DNA of 64,000 nt from Lingula anatina (lineage: Eukaryota; Animalia; Brachiopoda): contig CM120640.1 in assembly GCA_051362555.1 (NCBI GenBank), forward strand, positions 23,422,225-23,486,224, in the 5' to 3' direction. The translations under genes were made by a program, and so were the position numbers. Below, in pieces: positions 12,756-24,245 of the stretch. A model generated the notes under the pieces. That model was not told the DNA's origin. It searched no databases and saw only the letters and a program-made list of their open reading frames with translations. Numbering within the stretch: position 1 is the first letter of the stretch; the number at the start of each line of letters is the position of its first letter.

Positions 12756-15307
12756 ATGGACTTCATTTCTCTTGCGGCGGCCACCACATGCACTTTTATC
12801 TTACATCTGGTCCATCAACTTGATATGCTTCTCCGCCCCAATTTCAGGCATACGGTCCACACGAACAGCACAGAGCTTGGGTTGAGGCAAGAACTCCTTG
12901 ACATATCTGACAGATTTGAAGACAGTGATTTCTCGGAAAATGACGATAATCAAGCAGACATTCTGGAGGAAATGGAGGCGGCAGAGAGCAACAAAAGAAT
13001 TCGAAATGACGAAAAGTATGGCATGTCCAGTCAAGCTGGTGGGGAAGATTTTTCAACAGATTATATGTCATCTGAGACGATCTGGGATTCTGGGGATGAC
13101 TCCGGTGTCTATTTCGATGACAGAACTACAGAAAAGGTAAAATTGCTGGCTTGGCTCACGCCGAGGGCGTCTTTTGATAATCAGTATCTCAACAATCACT
13201 CATCTAAGCAGTTTTTAGATAGAAATAAATAGATAGACGTAGTTAGGCACATAGCAAAATTTTAGGACGCCCTAAATCTTCTAGAGTACACAGCACGTCA
13301 TATGTCCCAGATAGGAAATGTATAGGACGCCCAATAGAATTCCTTTAGTGTCCCGTAGGATTCTTATAGATTCCCATAAAGTCGTATAGTGTGTCCTAAA
13401 GGAAATTTTTGGAAGGGCAGGCGGAGAGGCAACCATACTTGGGCTCCTTTAAAACATTCCACAAGTCCCTCACTGAGCCCTGCAATGATTTAAATTTGTT
13501 GATGTATTGTAAATCATTGCATTTGTTTTGGTAAGCATTTTACTACATGGACGTGCATGAAATGTATACTACCTACTAATTATCCCCATCATTTAAGCCG
13601 ACTGATTCAGGTGTTTTGTTGAGGCTAGAAAGATTGACATTAAAACGCAGGTCCGTAGCCAGCAATTTCAAAAGGGGGGCGGGGGTTCTGAAAAAAATGG
13701 ACCTTTTACCATGAAACCTTCATGTACCTAGTTCAAATTTTACCCAGAGTGGACCTTTTCCCAGCAAAAGGGGGGGTTGTTTCGCCCCCCCCCCCCCCCG
13801 AACCTCCCCCTGGCTACGGGCCTGAAACGGCAATAACAAAGTGAAAAACAAAAAAGAAGTTCTACGGCTGCTTAATTTCTTGACGAAATGTCTTGAAAAA
13901 CATGCCATCCAAAGATATGTTGACAACAGCAAAAGAAATATAAAAAGGAGTTGCCTTGCCTCTGCCCACTCTTCCTTGACGGAAAATAAAATTGATATAA
14001 ATTGGTTACAGAAGTCGCAAACATTACCTCAAAGGGGTAAGCCTTAATTCACTTGGCTTACCTTCCGTTTAGTTCAGTTCAGTGTCATAGCATGTCATTA
14101 AATCAAGCAATTTTGAGTGATTTATCTCTAATTGTAAATGTCTTCCAAACTTCTAACTTCTTTCAACAACAATTTTCAAATAAGGTATGTTTTATTTTTT
14201 TATCAATAACAGCCATATTGGAACCAGGATGCGTGTGCTGTTAACGGAGAGGATCACTCGGTTCCTAGGACACCGCCGACCTCACCTCGCGACAGCCAAT
14301 CCAGTCTGAACAGCAAAAACTGCACCCCGCTCGCCCTGGAAAAACTGCGCTGTGACGAAAGCATCGATGACCTTCTCGACGAAGACAGCGAGTTCAGTGA
14401 GTGGCGCTCTAAAGAGCGGTTTGTTCCACGCTTAATCAATGACGAACCCCCAACATTGTTCACTGCGTCGGATTGCCTTTCTTTTGACGCACACCTAGCA
14501 CCTATCCAGCGGGACATTTATGCTGATTACTTGGACTTGGACGCGGATCACGCTGGTTTTGTACACTATAACTTGGACACGTATATTCATCGGAGAGCAA
14601 CAGAAATGATATACCACCCAAAAAACTGCTTAGACAACCAGACTCAGGTTTGTTTCGATCGCCACACGCCCATGGGTCATATACAAACACGAAGGGTGTG
14701 CACCTGCACATATATGGATAAATGTACATTAATACACATAATCATGAATAAAAAAAAAACACAAATCTACATAGAAATAAAGGCACGTTGATACACTTGC
14801 ACGCCCATACCTGTCAAGATGTAAAACGTTCAGTTGGTAAGGCGCATATGAAGTCCATTTTCCAGTATTAAGGCATGATCCACGCACGTAACGTGAGCGT
14901 TTATTTTTCATTAATTTTTATCACAATTATCATTATGATCAATTGATATTATAAGCTTTGTTATTGAAGGTATGATATTTCATAACACACCATTTCACTC
15001 AATCGTTAAACTATTTTACAGGTTACAGTAGGAATGCGGGCAATACTTATACAGTGGCTCACGAAAGTCGTCCACCAGCACTTTCGTTTTCACCAAGACA
15101 CGCTATATCTGACAGTCAACATTCTAGATCGCTTTCTCGCCTCAACACCTGTGAAAATAGAATGTTTTCAGTTGCTGGGTGTCACGGCACTTCTTGTAGC
15201 AGGGAAGCATGTGAGTAAATGCCGTAGTGAAGATTACCGGTTTGTTGCGGCTGTGATTGTTGTACAGTCACCTATACCGCATTTCTTTTTGCCTGCAGCG
15301 CAGCCCT

Positions 15308-15348
<41 letters not shown>

Positions 15349-17170
15349 TTTATCTTCTTCTTCTCCTTCTTAATTTTTTCGTCTTTTCTTCTTGCAGATG
15401 AGCTATTTTCACGGCAGGTTATATAAGGTCCGGACCTTATGCTTGTTTGTGGTGTTTATGCGTACAGTGATTTCGTTTTTTACTACTGTCTCTGTAAGTA
15501 CAAAGCCGTGGTTGTTCAGTCTCTTTTTCTTTATGCTTAAATGTTAACTGAAACCATGGAAATACTATATCGCGTTCCCGTTTGTAAACTGTCAAAATAT
15601 TATGAAAGTAGCTTTTTCTAATATGGTTATGGGACGTTCCTTTTTTGTTTTTAATATTATGTATGAACTTGTTTGGGCAAAAACATCGTTTCCGTGTCAC
15701 ACTGTCTACGAAACGATTTTTGCAAACGACCAAAAAGAAAGAAGATCGAATATTGAAAATAAACAAAAAACATTAGAACCGAGAAAAAAAAAGACCAAGT
15801 CAAAAGAAACCCGTACTGAAACACACCAACATTAAGTCCATCTATAATGCTTTTATTGATTTTTCAAATTAACTTGTGATAATACTAGTGCTAATCCCCC
15901 TCATATTTTCAGGTCTATTTGGGAACTGCCACTGGGTTATGACGTAAACTATATAGAGAAATAATCTGTCCTGAAATTGCTGTTATTGTCTCCCCCCAGG
16001 AAGAGATCTACCCGCCAGAAGTGGAGGAGTTGATTCGACTGTGTTGTGGGGCTTATGATCGCGCGCAAATCATCCGGTTAGAGCGCCTCGTCCTGGAACG
16101 CCTGGGCTACACTTTTATGGTGCCCACCACGCACTATTTCCTGGAGCAGTACAGTTCTTCGCGGTTGCTGACGAGGCGGCTGGCCGGGTGCACCAAGGAT
16201 GATATAAGGTCATAATAAATAAAAAAAAGAGGTCCTCTCTTGAAATACTCTATCGAAGCGAATACTTTTTATGGTTCAATGTCGCCATGTCTATTTCTCC
16301 GTATATCTATCTATCTATCTATCTATCTATTTGTCTGTCTGTCTGTCTGCCTGTCTGTCTGTCTGTCTATCTGGTTTGAACTTGGCATTCTCTTCTCGTT
16401 TGCCATTATGCTACAATTTTCAGATTGGTTCCCGTAAACATAGAAAAGCTAAATGAAATGGTAAGGATATGATGGGCGAATTATTGACGCGTATTATTCC
16501 GTTAAAACTCTTTGGGCGTGTTTTTGATATTTTTACACAGAATCTAGAGTAAATTTCTTTTAAAACGTATTAAAAGGTGTTCAAACATTTCTAGATCAGT
16601 TTGAATCAGTACAAACGAAATTAACTGCCTACCTACGAGACTCCATACGTTATTTCGATTTCGTTTACTTTTAAGGTATTGAACTGTTCTAAACATGGTT
16701 TATTTAAATTATTAAATGGAAATTAGTCACATCTAGCTGCCCCATGACTTAAATTTTTAAGATGATTGAAGTAATTACTTTTCTTTCAGATACAGAATTT
16801 TGACCAATCTTTTCGTAAGCATGCCTACTATATATTTCTAACAGATGAAAGTCAACGTTTTAGGAAGACAAGAGCCATCGGGCGCTATTTGGCGGAACAA
16901 TCTCTGCAGGATTACGACATCTGCCAGTTTTTGCCATCTTTGGTTGCCGTTTGCGCTCTTGAAATGGCAGACGATCTCCTTCAGCACGTGACCAGAGTGA
17001 AGACAGCATGGATCGCCGGCTTTAACCGTGACGAAATTGAAAAGTGTTTGCAGCATATTCGCGTCATGTTTTCGTCTCTTGGTGATGATCCTAGCGATTT
17101 GATGAGCATATGTAATGCATATGGATACCAGTATAAAATGAAGAGTTTGTCACCGACGTCAGTGTTATAA
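12756..17170 (+). CDS. CCNO: Cyclin O-like protein (cyclin A/B-related fold with long acidic N-terminus)
   Basis: Exons 12756-13136 (5' end uncertain), 14213-14647, 15022-15210, 16000-16208, 16424-16460, 16790-17170 (possible 30-nt intron at 16815-16844). Cyclin box MRAILIQWL...TLYLTVNILDRFL...FQLLGVTALLVAGKHEEIYPP. The YHPKNCLDNQTQVT segment, RLCCGAYDRAQIIRLERLVL and the N-terminal DSG motif resemble CCNO more than cyclin A/B. Second fold YLAEQSLQDY...FLPSLVAVCAL. Confidence 0.75.
13248..13417. mobile_element. Possible degenerate non-autonomous DNA transposon remnant in cyclin intron 1
   Basis: Internal repeat taggacgccc (x2); the right end (rc cccttccaaaaatttcctttaggac) loosely mirrors the left end (gcaaaattttaggac). 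Confidence 0.3.
13648..13824. mobile_element. 177-bp MITE with 15-bp TIRs and 5-bp TSD
   Basis: TIRs CAGGTCCGTAGCCAG / CTGGCTACGGGCCTG (1 mismatch), flanked by AAACG at 13643-13647 and 13825-13829. G-run and C-run subterminal tracts and an internal tggacctttt repeat. Confidence 0.88.
15312..15342. repeat. (AT)n microsatellite
   Basis: Direct dinucleotide run. Confidence 0.9.
16305..16372. repeat. Compound (TCTA)n/(TCTG)n tetranucleotide microsatellite
   Basis: Direct tetranucleotide runs; they explain the spurious YLSI/CLSV ORFs. Confidence 0.9.
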
Positions 17171-20100
17171 TACACGGAAAGCAAAGAACGCCATAGACGC
17201 GGCGCAGTTGACCTTGTTTGTTCGGTTTCAGAGAGTTCAACGTACTGGTAAATTCAAATAACATCCTAGAAAAAAGCATGTGGGAATTGCTGACGTTGTC
17301 GTAAACCAAGTGTAAGTAAAAGTCAAGACGAGTTTTTAAAAGACGCGATGGTAAAAAAAGGTTAACACCCAATGAGAAATTTAAATGATCGGGACAACAA
17401 TTTAATGAAAAGACCCCGGTTTGTTTCTTCCAACCATATTTTACATGTGGTAGGGATGGGTGATATTGACTGTGATATGTTTGAATACAGGTCTAGTATA
17501 TTTCGAGTTTATAGATTCTTTCATCCAGTATTTATTTTTCACATACGTTATTTATTCCTTTACTTTCATGAACATCATCAAATACATCCTATTTATTATT
17601 CATAAGCGAAACTATCTTTATTAATTCACTTTTTTCATATTTACTCGTTAATGTGTTTATTTATTCAATGTAAGATATGTTGATCATATTATCTGTTGTT
17701 GCCAAAAATATAGTAAAAATCGTAAAAGTAGGAAATTAGAAAAATGAGAAAAATGTGCAATAATTATGTACATCATACTGTACAATTGGGTAACGTATAA
17801 CATATTGATATTAATACCTATATGCATAAAAATGAAGACCCACTGATCCTGGTTGTTGACACAGACCTCGCAATTGCAAGAACCACAGCGTCAAAACAAG
17901 TTTCTATTTTTATTAGCAAAGGAAATGTCCAACTGCCTGGCAACAGTAGGTGATTTGAGGGGGCGTGAAATAATGTGGTTTTTACCTGCAAAACAGTACA
18001 TTAGTCAAAAATAACTTTCTGAATATATCTGTACATATCACTATCTTATTGTTTAGCAATTGGAGATATGTTAAAAAAGAAAAAATTCTGTGATATGATT
18101 TTATTTTGATATTTCCTTGCCTCGAGAAGACATTTACCCCAAAGCGATAGGAATTTATGTTCAATATTTAGTCGTTTTATCTATTGGGTGATGTTATCTT
18201 TTCTTTGTGTGTTCAACCTGTTAAATGGTTTATTGCATGCTTTGCTTTTTTTTAAACACAGTTGTGAAGATAGACAATAAAGTATACATTTGTTACTGTC
18301 GCCATTCTGTTATTCAATCTGCCACGATTATTACACACCTGGTGGTCTGGGGTTGATCAAATCCACGTAATTTAATAAGAATAAGCCTTGTGCATCACAG
18401 TGCATCACATGCGTAATAAAACCCATGCAGCAACTCTTTCTTAGGACAATCCGATCATTATCGGCTTTTTCATCAGTTTTTCAATATAATAGCATTAGCC
18501 ACCGTATTGATCTTAATCAAATTGAAGCAGAAAACATATTCCAGTATATCTCATCATATCACAATTTTGGACTTCTTTTTGCTCATACTTAAAAAATAAA
18601 CTAAAAGCAGGGTTTTGTGGGTTTTGTATATCGCTATATTAACTAACCGGCAATCGAGCAACCCTTTCTTCTCTCTTAATGAATACCTGTCTTGGCATGC
18701 TATATTGGGCAATTACTGTGATTTTAACTGAACCTTGTCTTCCTTTTTATTTTGAATTGCTCACATTTTAATAAATTAAAAATTTTTGACGTGTGGCTGA
18801 CATGCTTGTGCTTCATCTCATAGTTGCCTCGCATACCGCCAGGGGTCAGGCAAAACGTTCTCGGTTGACGGAGACGGACAGACTGCGCGTATCTTTCTTC
18901 TGTTTTACTTACTCCCGTCCTCTATCGGTGTAGGGGGGGGGTCTGATTTCTTTACCCTCCGAAATGATTACAAGAGTGTTTGAGAAATTTTCCTCATTAA
19001 ATCAATTAATTCATACGTATTTCTCATTACGATGACGGAGTTAAATACTTCTGTCATATAGATGTAAAGAAACACGCGAACCGTTTTCATTGAATGTAAG
19101 TTTCCCCTACAACTGATAAATAAACAAGTCTCCGACACGTTCGTAATAAACATTTTACTTCTTTTCGAAATACCTTGGCTATTAAATGTAGCACTGAAAT
19201 GAGAGTCTCTTCTCTATTTTAAAGATATCAAAACGTGATGAACGACGCAGAGACGAGTTTTCTTCAGCAGGAAGTTCGCGGCCGCTAAATCTTCTCAAAT
19301 GCTTTTATCCTTTACGAAGTGGAGAGGTCTAAGCACCGGTAAGTGGGAGCCCCGCGCTTCCAGCAGACGACATGACAGTCTGTCAATCTCGTCTGCCTTA
19401 AAGGAATGAAAGGGGATTATCAACTTCTTCCACAATTTTTATACAGGTACAGAATTTTATAAATGCAGATCATTATGAACACGGCAGGACGCCTTTGGTG
19501 GTCGTTTTCCTATGCTTAAGTTGCTTTCCGCAATACGTTAAAAGTAGTTCTTTGATAAATGTTAACTGTTACACGTTTTCAAACAATCAGAAACACAGCT
19601 GCTCAATTTTTTGCTGAATTGTATTCCTGGAGTCAAAGGTTCTGTTTGTTTATTTTTTTTTTCACTCAATTCATTTATTTATTTATTCAATTCATTAATT
19701 TATATAATTTGATAAAGATAAATCTTAAAAAAATAAGCTGACAACCCAAATTGCAATACAACTGTAATGCAATTAAGAAAATCATGTCATTCACTTTTTT
19801 TAAGTAGCCCTTCCTTCTTCTCTCGGAGCGCAGCAGTTAAAGCCTAATTACACGAATTACATAGAAGTGAAGTATGAAGTACGACGATGATGCGAGGCCT
19901 AAATGTCACCCCAGTCTCAGTGTGAAGCCAGCGAGGTGAGATTTGGTAAGGAAAGCCGGTATTATGCTATTGCTACCTGGGGAGGAGCGGCGCCGTCGAG
20001 CAGGTCTACAAATTTAAGTAATAAAACGCGCGGCTACATAGGGGAAGTGGGTACGTGCGTGGGGGTAGAAAGACGTGTGCCTGATGAAAAGCATTTTTAT

Positions 20101-22884
20101 GAAGAAATGACGAAACTCAGAGTTTCGTTTTGAAATAATATTGTGTATCTCCTATACAGACTATTCTCCATACCACAGCGTTCTGACAAGTGCTGAAATA
20201 TGTACTTATCTTTGCTTATTCCGCCCAGGGAAATGGCAACTATGAAGAGAAATCCGTGAACAGATTTTATGACATTAGGAGAATTCGGTGCTGTTAGTGT
20301 AGACAGGTATCTCGAAAGAGACAACAAAGCGAAATACGCTCCTCCTCCTCCCCCCCCCCCCCCTTGCGGGAGCAGGGAACAAATCGACCTCTCTTTTACA
20401 TTGCATTTTATTTTTTGCAGATCTTCCCTTTTTTCTTCACACAAACATGTTAATTATATTCATCCGACTATGGGCAAAGATTGTAGAGTTTCTTTTTCTC
20501 GCTCTGCCATTACCGCTGTCTACTAAACATGCACATAACTATTATGTATACATGTGCACCTTGCATTTTCATGTCCAAGTGTGCAATATCCTTGATGTGA
20601 AACACGAAAATTATTAATCAAATATAGGTTACTATACGGTATTTAAATCACAAAGCAAACGCTATGACAAAATTATAATTACCCTGACGGCAGACTGATT
20701 TTTTAGGTAGATAAATTTAAAATTTAGGAATTGATGAAAGTTGAAAAATAGAGAAGAGATCGGAGTGGGCGAGAGAGAGGATTAATCCCAACTTGTCAAA
20801 GTCGCAGAGTTGATTAAGAAAACAGCATGCGAAAGGTCTGATTATTTCAACACAGAGGATAGCCTGTAGATTTCGTGACGTCTGATATAATAGTGGTAAT
20901 GAAAAGATTTAGGCCTTATGGATATTGATAATTGAATAGGGATTAAGAATAGTAAAATTATGGAACTAATAACGTTTTATCCCACCTGCCACTTACATAC
21001 CAGAGTTGTTGACCACTGGCGGGAACAATAGTTGTCCAAGGGGGACGCCATCTCAAATGATCTGCTTGGGGATATTTTCCCATCTAATTAAGTTCAACTT
21101 AACCAGGGTTTTACTGAATGTAAATCGGAAGGTCGACACCATAATTCCGACAACACCTTTCACCCAATGTACCGCAATACAGCATTGTCCGGACATTTAG
21201 TAGCAGAGAAGAGAAGTGAATCGCGAATACAATACAACAATCAAACTGCCATCACTCTTCATTGTGCAATCTTGTCACAGGGGTCAATATGTCCGTCATC
21301 GGGATAACGGGCCATGGAGAGTATATGATCCGTGTAATATGACCAGTGTAGTTCTTTGATCGCTGATTGTTAAGAACAATACTGTCTGCTACATTGCAAG
21401 GATGCGTTGGTGGACGAAAGAAGATGCGTAGGAGAATATGTATTGATTGGACGTAACGCGTGTTTATCATATGTTGTTTTTATATTTGGAAATCAATAGA
21501 ATATAATTAATATCAGGATTAAACATATATATCTTGTGATTACTTAATGAAAAATCTTGTTGATGAAAGCGTCTAGCAAGGGTAAGATTTTGATTGGCAA
21601 TTAATTAATTAATTACTGTACGAGTAGATACAGTTCATACATGTATTTTGTGTAAAAATATAAAATCTGCGCTTGGTTACGATTCTCTCAAATTCTCTCA
21701 GAATATCATTTCATGAAATTTGTTCGTGCAAAACTAAAATTATTTTTCAAATAATTCAGAGTTTTAATCTATATTCTTATACAAGTGTCGTTAAAAGAAA
21801 AGAAGTACAGCATATATGTGCTGCAGAATTATTCCAACACTGTGCGCATGTTTCGGGTCTCTTTGATGACTTCAGTATAAGATGATTATAACGCAGGTAA
21901 GATCGAGTCCGTGTTCGTCTTCTGTAACTTATGTCCAACAGTGAATCTTATGAACATGTACGACTCATAAATTATTAGCTATAAATCTGATTACTTGGGA
22001 TGAATCCATAAATAACAGATTTTCTAGTAGATGAATTTTGTAATATTTCATCGGCATAATCCCCAACGGTGACATTTAATCAATGTCTTCGCAGCATAAA
22101 ACTTGTATTTGAATTAGATGATTATCTTTATATTTGTGGTATTTGAAGGGGCTGTCACTCATTAAAACAATCAATGACGAATAAGAGGGGCAGCAAAACG
22201 TATTTTCTGTTTTTATATCAAGTCCTGCTTTTGCCTATTCTTTTTCTTTTTTCTTGGGACTTTTCTCTCACTTTAAAGGAAAGGCTATAGAACCATTCAT
22301 ACTCTGCAAAAAATACTATTTGAGAGCGAGGTGATTTTTGTCGCGTGCTTTATATTAATATTTTTACCAAATAATCATGCCTCTGTGGTAAAATAACTTC
22401 TGCAATCTAAATTATATCAAGGCATCTTGGTGACCAAAAGGCTTTCCCATCTCACTGCCTGTGCCTAACCGTCTCTACTGCTCGCCGGCGTCGCCCCGCT
22501 AAACGCCCGGTGTTCAACGCTGAAGAGTAAAATTTCCTTTGCTCACAATGCTTTTGGACTTTAGTTGAAGTAATTCAAAAATTACTTTAAAATTGTCGTG
22601 TTTTTGCGTTGTTTAGCTGTCAACATTTTGATCATCGTCTGCTGTCACAGCCAGAGTCAGATTACGCGGGGGGCACTGACGTCTGGGTTTGCCAGCTTTA
22701 ATCTGCGCTTTCAGTTGTGAAAACAATGTGGTTGCAAGAAATCACGCCTTATCAAACCTGTGTACCTCTGATCACACGCTTCTAAATACGTATGATGTGA
22801 TATTATAGACATATTTTCATTAAAGCAGGCTCCCAATGAGGTCTAGTTGGCAGTGGGGAGCAGGGGGTTAGGCAGCTTACCGGC

Positions 22885-23135
22885 TTTAATAATCTCGGTT
22901 ATTAAAGCCTATATTAGGTTCCCTATCTCTCTCTCCGCTGGAACTAAAATCTAGTCATTAAGCCCAATTTGCAGCTCCTTCTCTTCCAACCGTGTAATCC
23001 AGGCAGAAAACCCATGTCAAAAATAATAAAAGGTATCCTAATTTCATTATAGAAAGCCACCAGGGCTTGGAATGGCAGGTTGCTGTGTAGGCATCAAACC
23101 GCTCCTCTGATTGGTCTAAAGTTGGGTGACGTCAG
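22885..23135 (+). promoter_or_regulatory. Putative Rx proximal promoter
   Basis: K50/Otx-type TAATCC at 22995-23000, inverted CCAAT at 23110-23114, perfect CRE TGACGTCA at 23127-23134 and a TTAATAA...TTATTAA palindrome near 22886-22905, all 360-600 bp upstream of the ATG. Confidence 0.45.
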
Positions 23136-23492
23136 GAGCTCCGCCTCTCAAGATTACGACCTCTCCGTTGAGTTCTGATTAGTACAGAGTTGCAGCCCAC
23201 AAAATACTTTGTAGTGGTTCCTGGACTGTCAAATCTAGTGGCAGCCATTGTTTGGTGGAGAGGCTGAGTAAACGTGTAGGAATTCGATGGACTCCCAGTT
23301 AAATCAGAACGACAAACATTGAACAATTCGACATAGAAAATATAGACCGTAACGCACACGTCTTTTAATATTGGAGTGAGAGACGGAGTCGGAATAAGGT
23401 TTTGAGGATCCAACAGACACCCTTCAAAAGTATACGAATGACAACATAACTAGAAGTGTGTTTTTATTTTTGTCTCACAACGATTTGGTACG

Positions 23493-24213
23493 ATGACCAG
23501 TGCCGTGCAACCAACCCACACTATAGACGCTATACTAGGCTTGAGAAATGACAGCTGTAAGAGTGAAACTGAGGACACCCTAGTAAAAAGCCAAGATTTC
23601 TTGGGCCGAGGGGAAGATGCAGACAGACCACAACAATATCACAGCGAAGAAAGGAAAGGTATAGCAATTGTCATTATTGCCTTACAACATCCTGAATAGT
23701 TTTCCCCACACCTAGCATGTTTTTAGTTCTACGGAGGGACCTTTTACTTTTATTCAATTTTAATCTATATAATCTATAAAACTTGTTTATGTTATTTTAG
23801 AAATCACATTGCTTTAAAAAGTTCTTGTAAACGTAATTATAAGTAATTCAAATAATAATTTCAGAGAAAATATAATGTGATAAGGAGAGTGTCATGCGAA
23901 CAAATTATTCTTTATGTGGTATTTAGAAATAATAATAATAACAAGCAATTTAATTCAGGTCCTATATTAATTTGTTCAATACTGTGTATAAATTGAGCTA
24001 AGACCATAGCTTTGATATCCGTTTCATTTTCGCGTCCAGTTGACCTGGCAAGTGTGGTGAGTGGGAGCAAAGAGATTTTAATAAGAAATTGATAACGATA
24101 TCTGAAAAAAAGGATGGACTTTGTAGGCACCAACAGCAAAAATTAAAACAAGGATACAAGAAGATATAATATAAGCAAAGACAATTAATCAATTATTTTC
24201 ATATTGTCATACT

Positions 24214-24245
<32 letters not shown>

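Noticed and set aside
22848-22870. TGGCAGTG seed match (also AGGCAGTG at 29341) suggesting miR-34/449 near the cyclin O-like gene
   Set aside because: Only the seed matches; the rest of the mature sequence and a hairpin are missing.
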